Below are positions 28,957 through 41,842 of a DNA stretch of 64,000 bases, piece by piece. Where the stretch lies: contig OX597829.1 of assembly GCA_951406725.2 (NCBI GenBank), positions 1,922,001 through 1,986,000 on the forward strand, given 5' to 3'. A program made the translations under genes and the position numbers. The notes under the pieces were generated by a model. That model was not told the origin of the DNA, searched no databases, and saw nothing but the letters and a program-made list of their open reading frames with translations. The DNA is from Octopus vulgaris. Its lineage: Eukaryota. Within the stretch, counting starts at the first letter, position 1. Each line of letters starts with the position of its first letter.

Positions 28957-30265
28957 TACATATGTGGGTAATTCTGTCTGTGGATGTGTTTGTGGAGTTG
29001 TTAGCTAACTCCTCCTACATCGTTTTATCGATTTTGATGAAACTTGACACGTGAGTAGAACTCATGTCGAGAAACTTCATGAGATACTCAGATTGTTGAT
29101 AGGGCCCCTGAAAGGGATCCTTATATATGTATATCTAATATATTTTCTTTTAAAAACCAAGGGGAATAACCCATTCGCCCCTGGAAATGATCTTTATATA
29201 TATATAGCCAAGGGAAATAACCTATTCATTTTCCTAAATTATTTGGTAAAAATGAAATTGAATATGCTTATTTCTTAGTATTTGAACTGTTAGAGTTATT
29301 TTCGCAATTTATCCAGTACAACCCTAAAACAAGTAAATAGTATTTTCCTAAACAATAGATCCACTTATTTCGGTTAATGACTTATTCGCGAATATACCAA
29401 TACTAGCGCCCCTGAGGGTAATATTCTGTTAGTTGAATTGTTTGATTCTCATATCTGATTAGCCTGTTATTACGTAACATGCTTCACGATTTTAGTATAC
29501 AAACCTTATTAGTATTTCCTCTTATGTTCTTCTGGCAGTATAGCCCAGCTTTTCTCGGGTTTAAGTTAGGATTATTAAGCTAATCAAGCTCTTTATTTCA
29601 AACCAAACTAAGTAACATCGACGTCAAATTTGAGTGAAATCCGTTTAAATTGGTAAACTTTTGGCTGAAAATGAGTTGCTGACAATTTGATTGGGAGATC
29701 CCATAAGGAATCGGTTTATCGATTTTTTCCACTCATCGATTTTTTGTTTCGTTTTTGGAGAACTTAAAGCATTCAAAGATCTCACGATTCCTAAGTAATG
29801 CTGGCATCAAGTTTGAACAAAATACATCAAAATTGGTAAAAGTTATGGTTGAGAATGGGGTGTTACCAATTTTAGTGGGAAGTCCTAAAAGGAATTGGTT
29901 TGTCGATTTTTTATTAACCTGATTAAATAGAAAACCCCATAAGGAATCAGTTTATTGATTTTTCACTCTAAATAGGACTTAACTGAACACAACATTGCTG
30001 ATTCAAAACATCAATATTTATACTGTAAAGTTGGTTTTCATACCCAACCCAGTTCTGCAGAATCAGTTTTGCGACTGGAGCGCATGCGTTGGGAGTTTGA
30101 TCGGCAGAGGTGATCAGGTTGCACATGCCAACCCTTTTGAAAACACCACCTCGATCATTACCCCCCCTTTGCCCATGGGTTGGGAACCCTTCCAGCAAAG
30201 AAAATAGAACGCCCAAAAGGGACCCCGATCATCTGTGTGAGAAGCGGTTATGTTCAGATCACAAC
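28952..30265 (+). mobile_element. Probable Helitron/Helentron-like non-autonomous element with internal ~180-bp subrepeats
   Basis: tcgattttgatgaaacttg motif near 5' end; direct repeats 29625-29730 and 29808-29912; termini unclear. Confidence 0.4.
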
Positions 30266-30275
30266 TAAGTATATA

Positions 30276-30651
30276 GAAGCTTGAGAGGCGGTTGGATGGA
30301 ACCTACACTCGCCTCCTTATGAGAGCTCAAAATCTCTCGTGGAGGCGCCATCCAACTAAAATGCAAATATATGGGAAATTACCACCTGTGTCATCTCTTG
30401 TGAAAGGTAGGAGAGTCCAGTTTGCTGGACATTGTTGTAGAGCTGAAAAAGAAGTAATTTCTACTCTTCTCCTCTGGAAGCCATCTATTCGAAACACCAG
30501 AGGGCGCACACTCTCCTACCCTGATGTAATCTCCAGGGATACAGGCATCCAGCAACAGGACCTCCGTAATGCTATGATGGACCGTGAAGTCTGGCGCAAC
30601 ATGGTAAATTCCATTGTCTCGACCACGGTCGAACAATAATAATAATAATAA
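30276..30651 (+). mobile_element. 5'-truncated RTE-clade LINE with open ORF2 C-terminus
   Basis: LDGTYTRLL..LSW..H..RRVQFAGHCCR..MMDREVWR; (TAA)n tail; TSD taagtatata at 30266-30275 and 30652-30661. Confidence 0.9.
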
Positions 30652-30721
30652 TAAGTATATATATGAGTAACACACACACACACAAACATACACGTACATA
30701 CACCTATTTTTGAAACATTGT

Positions 30722-30897
30722 TTACAAAATAATGGTGTCTTCTATATTTTTGGTATCTATTCTACTGATAACACAATCTACTTTCTTAGTCATGTCTAGC
30801 AGTTTCCTTCTGTTGGCGCCTTTTAACGCCGATGCTCTTTTTCTCATTTCTTTACTCATTACTTCGTGCAACTCATCTAAAATCTTCATTTTTGCTT
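30722..30897 (-). pseudogene. Possible R4/Dong-like LINE N-terminal fragment
   Basis: SALKGANRRKLLDMTKKVDCVISRIDTKNIEDT resembles the pre-RT region of R4-like elements (recognised from memory). Confidence 0.4.
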
Positions 30898-30937
30898 TTG
30901 TTGTAGTAGTTGTTGCTGCTGCTGCTGCTGTTGTTGT

Positions 30938-30971
<34 letters not shown>

Positions 30972-30982
30972 GTTGTTGTTAA

Positions 30983-31185
30983 CACAGCGAGCTGGCGGAA
31001 TCGTTAGGACATCGGGAAAAAATTAGCGTCGTGTCGTCCTACTTTGCGTTCTGACTCCAGATTGCCGTTCATCCTTTCGGTATCGATAAAATAAGTACCA
31101 ATCGAACATCTGAGTTGATGTAATCGACTATCCCCCCTCCCCCAAAATTTCATTATATTGTGTCTATACTAGAAAGGATTATTAT
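30983..31185 (+). mobile_element. SINE family B variant with different 3' tail
   Basis: B head and central domain, then ccccctccccaaaattt..agaaaggattattatt. Confidence 0.7.
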
Positions 31186-31822
31186 TAATTTTATTAAAAT
31201 TCTATTATTCTTATAAAAATGTTATTATCATTATTGTTGTTATTATTTTTTTGGTGGGGCGGGGAGGGAAATCACCAGACATCCAACATTGTTTAAAACA
31301 CTAAATCTCTAAGGCAGAGCCCTGCCTTCCTTTAAATATTTCATCCTCTTCTCCTGTATTCATCAACTGACCCCTATCAAACCAACCAAACCCCCTTTTT
31401 TTTTTTATTCTAATTGAATCCTGCAAACAATGAAACTCCTTTGTCAAACCCCATTTTTTGATGGATTATGATTCCCAGCGTAGGTCAACGTATTCGTTCA
31501 TTAATTAAAGTGGAAGGAAATAGAGGAGGAGGAGGAGGAGGAGAGACAATAATAAATGATGGCAGACCCCTAAGATATAGAAAAGATGAAACATCTTTGG
31601 AACTTTGGTCAAACATAGAAATTCTGACAAGAAAAAACAAACAAACAAAAAGAAAACGAGATAAAATATAAAAATGAAGAATATAAAGGTAATACAATAT
31701 TCTATAACTCTAAGTCTCCAAGACTATTATATATTATTGCTTGTTGTCATCGTTATTATTGTTATTGTCATCATCATCATCATCGTCGTCGTCGTCATAA
31801 TCATTATTATTATTATTATTAT

Positions 31823-31875
<53 letters not shown>

Positions 31876-31876
31876 A

Positions 31877-31942
<66 letters not shown>

Positions 31943-32728
31943 TAGTAGTAGTCTATATTTCGGCTGCTTTTGTTGTAAAGTTTTTAGTGTTTGCTCTGTT
32001 CTCTCATTTCGTATCTTAAAGTTCTCTGGAAAAGGGCGACGCAATCATTAATTCCTTATATAAATATGTGTGTGTGTGTGTGTGTGTGTTGAAATATAAA
32101 AGAGAAGGAAGGAAGGAAGGAAGGAAGAAAGAAAGAAAGAAAGAAAAGAGTTAAGGAGAAACGATGTGGAAGACACCATCCCTCCTACCTTTTCCTCATC
32201 CCCAAAATATCAGAGATGAAATATTTTTGGAAATCAGAAACAATGGAAAACGAGGATACGAATAAGTTGTGAAACACCAAAAATATTGGGATTGATGAAA
32301 AGTGTTTGTGGTCAATTTCAGGAATTCTTGAAAAAGCGAGAGAGACAGAGAAAGGCAGAAGAAACATGTCTATCAAGAATTCTCTCAAATAACTCCTCTG
32401 TAGATGTCATCGTTTGTTGGTTCAGTGTGTGTGTGTGTGTATTTAAGTTTGTAGGTTTGGGTTTGTTATTCCATATTTTTTCTTTTTCTTTTCTTTTTTT
32501 CATTTTTTTTCTTTCCCCCTTTTTTTTTGCTTTCGCTTGTTTTTCAGTGTTCTGCAAAGACAGGGAGCAAATATAAACAGCAACGATGTCGTCTCGATAC
32601 ATTCATTACCAGGAAAATTGTGGACCATCAAATAATTCACATAAATTACTATGATGAAAAATAAGTTTGTTAACAAGAAGAAGGACAGATGAGTTTGTGT
32701 TTATGTGTATGCATGCACATACGTATCA

Positions 32729-33536
32729 TCTCTTATATAAAACCCGTTCTGTCTATCTGCCTGTCTGTGTGTGTCTTCTCGGATCTCGGGCATCCTCCAT
32801 CCGATTGCGCTCAAATTTGATATGTAGATACCGACGGTATCAGGGCATGTGGAGGCGGCGAGCTGGCAGAGTGGTTAGCACGCCGGGCGAAATGCTTAGC
32901 GGTATTTCGTCTGCCGTTACGTTCTGACTTCAAATTCTGCCGAGGTCGACTTTACCTTTCATCCTTTCGGGGTCATTAAATTAAGTACCAGTTACGCACT
33001 GGGGTCGATGTAATCGACTTAATACCTTTGTCTGTCCTTGTTTGTCTCCTCTATGTTTAGCCCCCTGTAGATAATAAAGAAATAGGTATCAGGGCGTGTA
33101 TAAGTCTTGAAAAAATTACAAAAATCGATTCCAGGTGAGAATGCGATCGATAAAGCCATTTTTGTCCTGCTTTTCTTCCGTCAACCTGTACATAACTGCA
33201 GCTTACATTTTTTGTTGTTTTTGTACTGCTGAAGGGCACGTTTCTTTCCTGCCAAGCTTACTGTTTAAACCATGTTTGTGTTCTCCCAGTCAACAGCCTT
33301 ATCATTACTGGTACTTTAAACTCTTCGGTTGCATATTTGTGTGAATAAAATCGTTTTTCTTTGGAATAGAAAAAAAGGCGATCTTTATTTCTTCTTTTGT
33401 TGGTGTCTCAAATTTAGGTTAAATCAGTGTTTCTCAAAGGGGAGGCCTATGGGTCGGTCGGACAAGTTGTTTTGAGAAAATTTGGTTTAACTGTTTGACA
33501 ACTCAGCACCGTCTTTGGACGGGGGGCTTTTTGCTC

Positions 33537-33537
<1 letters not shown>
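32729..33537 (+). mobile_element. Non-autonomous Helitron with nested SINE B
   Basis: a|tctcttatataaaa start, hairpin ccgtctttggacgg, ends ctcg|t (CTRR variant). Confidence 0.55.
32852..33084 (+). mobile_element. SINE family B, full length with TSD
   Basis: TSD ggtatcagggc(a/g)tgt. Confidence 0.93.
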
Positions 33538-33569
<32 letters not shown>

Positions 33570-33573
<4 letters not shown>

Positions 33574-33752
33574 AGATCGTTAGCCACTACACACATTTTT
33601 TTCTCTCCTTGTTTTTTTCTGTGTCCGTTTCTGTAGAAGAGCGTAGGCTCGAAACGTAAAAGACTTTTTCTATTCCTGAGCGTTATACTAATACATCTGT
33701 TTGTTTTTTACACCACCTGTCTTCGGATTTTTTTTTATTTTTCGTAAACTCT

Positions 33753-33758
<6 letters not shown>
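33570..33758 (+). mobile_element. Family E copy; hammerhead-like motif at 33628-33661
   Basis: ttt-CTGTAGA-a-gagc(gtag)gctc-GAAA-cg-TA-aaa. Confidence 0.8.
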
Positions 33759-33798
<40 letters not shown>

Positions 33799-33984
33799 AA
33801 TATATATATACACACATATGTATGCATGTAGCGCATTATATGGACTTATAGAATCATGTGTTTACCACTGTAAGCTTATCTAGCGGACCCAGCAAGCAGA
33901 ACTCATAGCATTGCAATACGGGGGACTATAATGCAGAGTTCTACACAACGGAGATGCAGGAGATACAGTAGATGAAATTACTTC

Positions 33985-34095
33985 ATAAGGAGTATATAAA
34001 CCGCAAAAAGTCAGGAGTTGTGAGAGGTGAATATATTTATTTAACCACTTGTTATCCTCTGGATTACAGCCGTTTCTCATCTTTCATCATTTGAT
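33985..34095 (-). repeat. Unclassified dispersed repeat (second copy 37495-37605, plus)
   Basis: Shared ggat.aca.gtggttaa.taaa.atattcacctctc. Confidence 0.65.
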
Positions 34096-34469
34096 AATAA
34101 TTTTAGTGTATCATTTTACATGTCTGCATTAATATGCATGATAGAGTTTCTACAATACAACTAAATATTTATAAATTGGTACAGATAAAAAGACCTATTT
34201 CATCAGATCACCAGAACGTCATGGTTATACCAATGCTTCAACTCAAATTTACATATAAAATTTTCCATTTTTGCATACAAATGTCTTACCTTATTAATTG
34301 ATAATGTATTAAATCATAACCAGTTATTCAGCTATCTAGATCAATACAATTACCTTGCTAACCATAATTTAATTTTCCCTTAGAGATAGATAAAGTATTA
34401 GACTATATTCAAACATAATGCTATCTGCAAAAATACTTATTTCCTATGGATGCAAACATCTTAAATATA

Positions 34470-34695
34470 TATTTCTTTACTACCCACAAGGACCTAAACA
34501 TAGAGGGGACAAACAGAGACAGACAAATGGATTAAGTCGATTACATCGACTCCAGTGCGTAACTGGTACTTAATTTATCGACCTCGAAAGGATGAAAGGC
34601 AAAGTCTACCTCGGCGGAATTTGAACTCAGAACGTAACGGCAGACGAAATACCGCTCAGCATTTCACCCGGCGTGCTAACCATTCTGCCAGCTCG
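34470..34695 (-). mobile_element. SINE family B
   Basis: Matches family B. Confidence 0.9.
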
Positions 34696-34914
34696 ATATA
34701 AATACTTTGTATATGATAACTATATCTAAAATTTCACTTGATTATTAAACCAACACTAAACGAGACGCCAAAACGCAGTTGCGTTGAATGCCGTAGGTGG
34801 CAGTTGCAAACAGTTATCATGGAAACCGAAATGCTTGTGCATCTGGTGGAGGTTATGGGTATAAAAACCAACTTGAACCGCATTCCTGGTATTCGCAATT
34901 TGGATGCATCAGGT

Positions 34915-35945
34915 ATGACCCGATTGTAAGCAGTGCAAGGAGAACAAGCTGTCAGCAAGCAAGGTAGCGTACCCTGGTTGTTGCGAAAGCTTACAATGTC
35001 CATGTCAGCAGCATCTATCACCTGCAACAGTGATACAACAATACCAACAACACTGCAGACAGTGCCCGCAGAGGGCACCTCTGGGTGACCATGTCCAGGC
35101 AGGACAGCTTCATCCACATGCAACACATCCGCGATCGCTTCAGACCGGCCAATGTGACAGCTCACGAGACCATTGCCACTGGATAGCGACCTGTCAGCGA
35201 CGACACGGTACGACGTCGACTGGTTGTCAACAACCTGCGTTTCCGTCGTCCTCACCGCCCGCCACCGTCGGACATGACAACAGTGGGCTACATAGCACCG
35301 ACATTGGCAGCATCAACAATGGAGGTCAATAATTTTCCCTGACGAGAATCGGTACTGTGTTTCCACCTCGGATGGCAGAGTGAGGGTGTGGGCAGAGTGA
35401 GGGTGTGGCGTAGGAGGGGTGAACGCTACAGAAACGAATGTGTCAGGGAGAGAGACGCGTGGGGTGGCCAAAGCATCATAGTTTAGGGTGCTGTGGGCTT
35501 GAATTAGAGAACTAGGCTCCATGTGTTCCAAAATGTTGGTGCAAGCAGCGGGAATAGCATCACAGCGCAGCGTTTCGTTGACCAGATCCTAAGACCTCAC
35601 ATCGTGCCCTTCTTCGCACGTCACCATAGTCACATGTTCCAGCAGTACAATGCTCCCGCTCACACAGTCAGGGCCACCATAGGCTTCCTGCTTCATCACA
35701 ACACCTGAACCATGCTGTGGCTGGCTCTCAGCCCGAATTTGAACCCAATTGAACACCTGTGGGATGAAATCCAGAGACGGCGGAACCAGGTGGTCCCAAG
35801 GCTGAAAACTCGCGTGGAACAGGAGGCAGTTTTCCTCAGGGTGTTGGCACAGGTGCCAATGGCTGTTGTGAACTGTCTCATGTACTCCGTGTACCTATGG
35901 TGTACGGCTGTTTTGAACACACAGGGAGGGCATACATGGTACTGA
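34915..35945 (+). pseudogene. Tc1-like DDE transposase pseudogene
   Basis: WRSIIFPDENRY..DGRVRVW, FQQYNAPAH (D to Y), SPNLNPIEHLW, GGHTWY*; stops and frameshifts; TIR pair not found. Confidence 0.9.
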
Positions 35946-36748
35946 ACATGTCATGCCCTACAATCTCGATGTGCTGGATCCGGCCACTACCAGAACACAT
36001 GACAACGACCCATAGACTGTGGCCAAAGTGCATCCAGGAAACTGACTTTATCAGATTTATCAAAATTTATCTCTGACATATATGAGAAAATAAGTTAGAA
36101 TTACTGTTTTGACGGGAAATTTCCCTCATTTTTTTTCAAGCCACAGCCTTCGAAATGATGGGGTTGGGCATCTTTGTATGAAAAACAGTATTGAAAACAT
36201 TTTTTTACAACTCTCCCCCTCCCTCATCATCCGACTCCGGACTTATTTTTGCCATTTTTTCTTTTTTTTTTTTGTATTTCAAAACCATGAGAGGAGCATT
36301 TTCGGTAAAATAAGAAAAAGAAATTGTTAATATTTTTCAGAGGGAAAAGTCAGTGATTTAAGGTAGATCTGGCTGTTGTTTCTAGCACATCTCAAGACAA
36401 CAATCCTCGTTTCTTTATCATTCTCGCATGTATTGGTGTTTTCCAATATTTTTCTCCCCATAAATACATTTATATGCTATGAAAAAAAAAAAAAATTTTT
36501 TTAATTATGAATGTTTACAACCCACGCCCTGCCCCCGATTGTTTCTGTTTATAAATTAGAATACTGGGGAGCCTGAGAAGGTCGTTATATCTCCAACACT
36601 CCAGCACCCTATTGAATTCATTTATATTATATTTTATTATATTTTATTATATTATATTATATTATATATATATATAAATATATATATATATATGTATGTA
36701 TATATATATACATATTTATCAAAATAAAAACATGATGCAAAGGATTTA

Positions 36749-36836
36749 GCGGTACATATGTTTCTGGCTTTTATTAGACGGTTTATATCAATGCATAATT
36801 GATGTAATTTGTATGTCAATAGCCTTCTTCAGCCGC
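36749..36836 (-). ncRNA. Type I hammerhead motif (mirror copy)
   Basis: Exact reverse complement of 36874-36961. Confidence 0.7.
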
Positions 36837-36873
36837 GTACAATTACTACTCCAAGGACATGTAGTAATTGTAC

Positions 36874-36961
36874 GCGGCTGAAGAAGGCTATTGACATACA
36901 AATTACATCAATTATGCATTGATATAAACCGTCTAATAAAAGCCAGAAACATATGTACCGC
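36874..36961 (+). ncRNA. Type I hammerhead motif, PLE-type
   Basis: gcgg-CTGAAGA-a-ggct..agcc-a-GAAAC-atat-GTA-ccgc; palindromic stem III. Confidence 0.7.
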
Positions 36962-37821
36962 TAAATCCTTTGCATCATGTTTTTATTTTGATAAATATAC
37001 TCTATCACCTACACCACTAAACGGCATATACAGGTGCTTACAATTATCAAGTATTCACCCTGAATTTTTTGTACCCAACTCACCTACGTTGTCACCTGGA
37101 TTGGATCCTATATATACATATATGATACTTTCTAGAATGTTTCATTTAATTTAACTACTTCACTTTCTTTCCTATCCTTTCTTTGTCTTTCGTTCATATT
37201 AAGGATGGTAACTTCTCTAATCTTAAAAAATCAACATCTTAATTGATATGTTACAAAATATATTTATTATTTATATTTATCCTTAATAACCATACTAAGC
37301 AAATTTTATCTGGTATCGGTCTTCCATAAATTGTATATGTAAATGGAAACTTTTGTATGTACACTTAGAGTTGAAGGATAGGTGTAACTCTGATGTTCCG
37401 GAGATCTGTTAGGTTAGCTTTCTTTATTTGCATTGATTTGTGAATATACAATTGTATTGCATAATGCGTCGCATGCACATTGATACAGACAAGGATAATA
37501 GGTGAAGGATGTGAAACATCCGTAACCCTATGGATGACAGGTGGTTAAGTAAACATATTCACCTCTCGTCTCATACCTCCTGAATTTCTGTTTATGCTTC
37601 TCCCCAACGCTTTGATAACCGGCGTTGGTTTGCTTAAATATTGTACTACAGAGTTTGGCAAGAGTTTAAGTGCCAGACTTAAATAAGTGTCGAGAGCGAA
37701 CTGTGACCTACCAGATTGTACCCCAGGGACATATACACTCTATGATCAAAGGTGTTGTTGCAACTCTGCGAATGCATGCATAATATGCAATAATAATATG
37801 AGACTTCAGTAATCTCTCTCC

Positions 37822-37861
<40 letters not shown>

Positions 37862-38026
37862 GTGTGAGTGTGGGTGTGTACGAATGCCTCGTAAGTGCGT
37901 GTTGGTGTCAATTTCACCCCAAATGAAAATGCCTGCTGATTACTGTTTTAAGTAATCTGGTAGTTTTAATAATCTGAACATCTACAGGAACTATCTAATT
38001 ATATCATTATTTCTATATAATTAACT

Positions 38027-38087
<61 letters not shown>

Positions 38088-38196
38088 TACATACACACAG
38101 ACATATACACACATATCTAGATATATACATATTTGTATACAAGTATTCATTAATATGTTCACATATGAATTTTCTTACCGGTATTTTTTTAACCTA

Positions 38197-38445
38197 AAGG
38201 CAGCGAGCTGGCAGAATCGTTAGCACGGCGGGCGAGCCCCTTGTGGGTAGTAAAGAAATAGGTATTTCGTCTGCTGCTACGTTCTGAGTTCAAATTCCGC
38301 CGAGGTCCACTTTGCCTTTCATCCTTTCGGGGTCGATTAAATATGTACCAGTTACGCACTGGGGTCGATGTAATAGACTTAATCCTTTTGTTTGTCCTTG
38401 TTTGTCCTCTCTGTGTTTAGCCCCTTGTGGGTAGTAAAGAAATAT
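38197..38445 (+). mobile_element. SINE family B with a 25-bp copy of its own tail inside
   Basis: agccccttgtgggtagtaaagaaata at ~38235-38260 replaces part of the head. Confidence 0.88.
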
Positions 38446-38924
38446 GTATTTAATTAACCTAGTCGTTGACGAACCAGCGAGACAGCATATACATGATTTA
38501 TCAGCATGTGGAAAGTAGCTTCTAAATCATCCTCATTTTACTTTCTTTTGGTTGAAGAATACATTGGGTACAAAGCCACCTGAGTTTCCTTGTAGTACCC
38601 CCACCTCATCCCGGGCAAATGAATGCACTGGACCTTACACTATTTATTGAGAAAGCCGTAGCATAAATAGATGGGAATTGTGACACCAGACCTGTGAGGC
38701 CCCTGCATAACACTGATTGGGGTGGTCAATGTTAGAACACATTTGGTTATACGTGTCTTAGATCATAGTAGAACTACTGGTAAGCAACAACAACAGAGAG
38801 CACATTGGATAATGTCGTCCTCGGTAGGCTGAGTAGAAGAGTTCAAGATCTCGGACAAAAGAACACGTTAAAGTTCTTAGATTTTGCATTCCTAGATAAT
38901 CTATGTTCAAATAAAGACCGAATA

Positions 38925-39147
38925 TATTTCTTTATTCCGTCACAAGGGGTTAAACACAGAGGGGACAAACAAGGACAGACAAACGGATTAAGTCGATTAG
39001 ATAGACCCAGTGCGTAACTGGTACTTATTTAATCGACTCCTGAAAGGACGAAAGGCAGAGTGGACCTCGGCGGAATTTGAACCCAGAACGTAACGCCAGA
39101 CGAAATACTGCTATGCATTTCGCACGGCGTGCTAACGTTTCTGCCAG
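38925..39147 (-). mobile_element. SINE family B
   Basis: Matches family B. Confidence 0.9.
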
Positions 39148-40269
39148 ACTGGTGGAACACTATTGATTATATTTTAGCAAGAACCACAATAACAACAGTT
39201 AAAACACGATTCCGGTGACTGTATGAAATTACTTTTTCCCAAGTGTCTATATTAGGCAAAAGTTATAAAGGAACCGATTGATTCTACCATTGAGCACAAT
39301 GCTTTCCATAAAATACTTGTGAACTTATGGATCATCGGATCCACCCTACTACAAGAGTCTACAATCACTGTAATTCCCCGTTACATCCACCACCACACAC
39401 ATCAAGAATGATAACAACAACGACCCAAAGAGAGAGATGCTATAAACCAATGGAAGAACATCAACTTGTGATGACAACAGAACGTGTAAGTGGTCGCTTG
39501 ATTTGCTAAAATTAGCAAAGAAGTTTCCCCGATGTCACACCATATCTAATTCTAAGTGCTCTGTACTTGAATAAAAGGCAGGATTGTCAGACCGTGACCG
39601 GGTTTTGATTAGAGGGGACCTGTTGGATACTGGTTGACCTCTGGCTCAGCAACAACTACAACAGATACACACATATATGAGCAGAAACAGAGCAACAGTC
39701 ACCTGAGCACTGTATACAATCATTTCATTATGATTATTATTATCATTATTTTGAGTATCTTCCACTTAATAGAGAACTGGCCCTGTTATCCAGCTTCCAG
39801 AAATTTGCGGATATGTGCAGTATTAGGCAAATAAGTGCACCCACACACACACACGAAGCAAAAAAAGCACATGCATGTACTCTCTCTCTCTCTCTCTTTT
39901 GTATCCCTCTTTCTCACTCGTCCTTTTACTGTCTCTATAATCCTTTCTCTGTGTGTGTGTCTCTCTCTCACTCTCCTTATCTCTTTCATACACACACAAA
40001 CACATACATATACACAATTACAGACAGAAAAATGAACACAGACACTCATGCTCACAAACGTCGGGATAACACTATATACACGGCACAGCGCAACTACACT
40101 AAGCTATGGGCACGAACTCAGAAATACACGCATGCAACGAAGCAGTAGAACAATACCCACTCATATACACATATACACATGTGTGTGTGTATGTATGTAT
40201 GTATGTATGTATGTATGCATGCATGCATGCATGTATGTATGTAGGTATGTATATATATGTATACGCACG

Positions 40270-40300
<31 letters not shown>

Positions 40301-40477
40301 GCATATGTGTGTGTGTGTGTGTGTACGTATATATATATGTAGCGTGTATGTGAAATATACAGAAATACGGATACACACATACAGTGGAGCAATTGCAAAC
40401 GCATACATATTCAATCACATAAATATTTATACACGCACGCACACACATACATGTATACATGCACACACATATATTTA

Positions 40478-40554
<77 letters not shown>

Positions 40555-40621
40555 GCGTATATTCATATGCATATATATAGATAACATATATGCATAATAT
40601 ACATGTGTGTATGTGTATGTT

Positions 40622-40669
<48 letters not shown>

Positions 40670-41319
40670 TGGCCAGATATTTGGAGAATCATTACTCTGC
40701 ACCTGTTGAACCTGTTTAATCGGGATTAACATTCTGTAACTGCTAATTAATTATATAGGTAAAGAGAGATTAGTAAAATATTTAGGGATTAAAGTGAGAC
40801 AAGACCGGATAATATTACATACACATAAACACACGCGCACGCGCGCAAGTACACACAACACACACGCACATATATATGTGTGTGTGTATGTATATGAATA
40901 TATATATGTACATGTAGGTATACATATGTAAACATTCGACAATAGACTAAATATTCGTTTCACATTAACGAAATCCCAGACTGTCCCTTAACTCAGAAAA
41001 CACTAACTCAACTCTTGTTATTTATTTTTATGCAGATGACGTGTCCGAAATATCTGTTCTCTAAACAATTCAGTTTTCCTGCACCATCTAATGAACATTC
41101 ATGCATGTTTGCACTAAGATTTATTCATCTGTTACTTCAGAATTTAAGCTGGAGTCTATATTTCAATTGAAGGGTCACAATAAGAGAGAAATATGTCCTG
41201 GATTATTTGATGCATTTGCCTGAGAAAAATAATGAAGCTGACTTTTGTAATTGACAAATTCTAGTTGACTTTTCCTTAACACAATTATCAATTATTTGTA
41301 AATAACTATGTCCGGCTGC

Positions 41320-41362
41320 TCTGCATTGATAAGGGGCAAATACTCTGAAACTAGTCTGCAGA
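41320..41362 (+). ncRNA. Minimal type I hammerhead, U3-A8 variant
   Basis: tctgca-TTGATAA-gggg(caaata)ctct-GAAAC-ta-GTC-tgcaga. Confidence 0.72.
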
Positions 41363-41842
41363 TGTCTGACTAGCAAGGTGAAGCGGCTGACCTCCCCTGT
41401 TCGAAGATAATAATGGACACAGGTTCGTGTGTCACAGAGCTAGCTAGAGGCGATGGCCTCTTGGAGCTAATCAACGGCAGCATTCGTCCTATATGTCTGG
41501 ACTGCCATATTAGCTTGTCGATAACTATCAATATCCAGTACCGCTGCCGTAGTCTCCTTTAGAGAGACTTAGAAATATTAATATTTCTATTTCTGTTTAA
41601 TACTATCCGCATTAAATATATCAATAACATTAAGTCACCGATCAGTTCAGTTATACGATTCAGAGAGACGGGTAAATTGGTGTTAACATTATTGGTATTG
41701 CATGTTAATTTCTTATAACCATCCTTTGTAATGTCGACACTAAAACCAAAATATGTTGACACTTAGTCATAGTCATAGTCCCGACTTGAACTCCAAGGTC
41801 TATGAGATAAATTCGGAAGACCGAATCTGAATGGAAATATTG

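Larger units (their letters stand above)
36712..36998. repeat. Perfect 138-bp-arm palindrome, 11-nt spacer
   Basis: 36712-36849 is the reverse complement of 36861-36998. Confidence 0.95.

Noticed and set aside
32185-32575. Host exon on minus strand after acceptor-like ttgctccctgtctttgcag
   Set aside because: No recognisable protein or matching donor; could be UTR but cannot be supported without RNA data
37495-37535. Hammerhead-like ggatg(tgaaa)catcc-gtaac
   Set aside because: Both core motifs too degenerate
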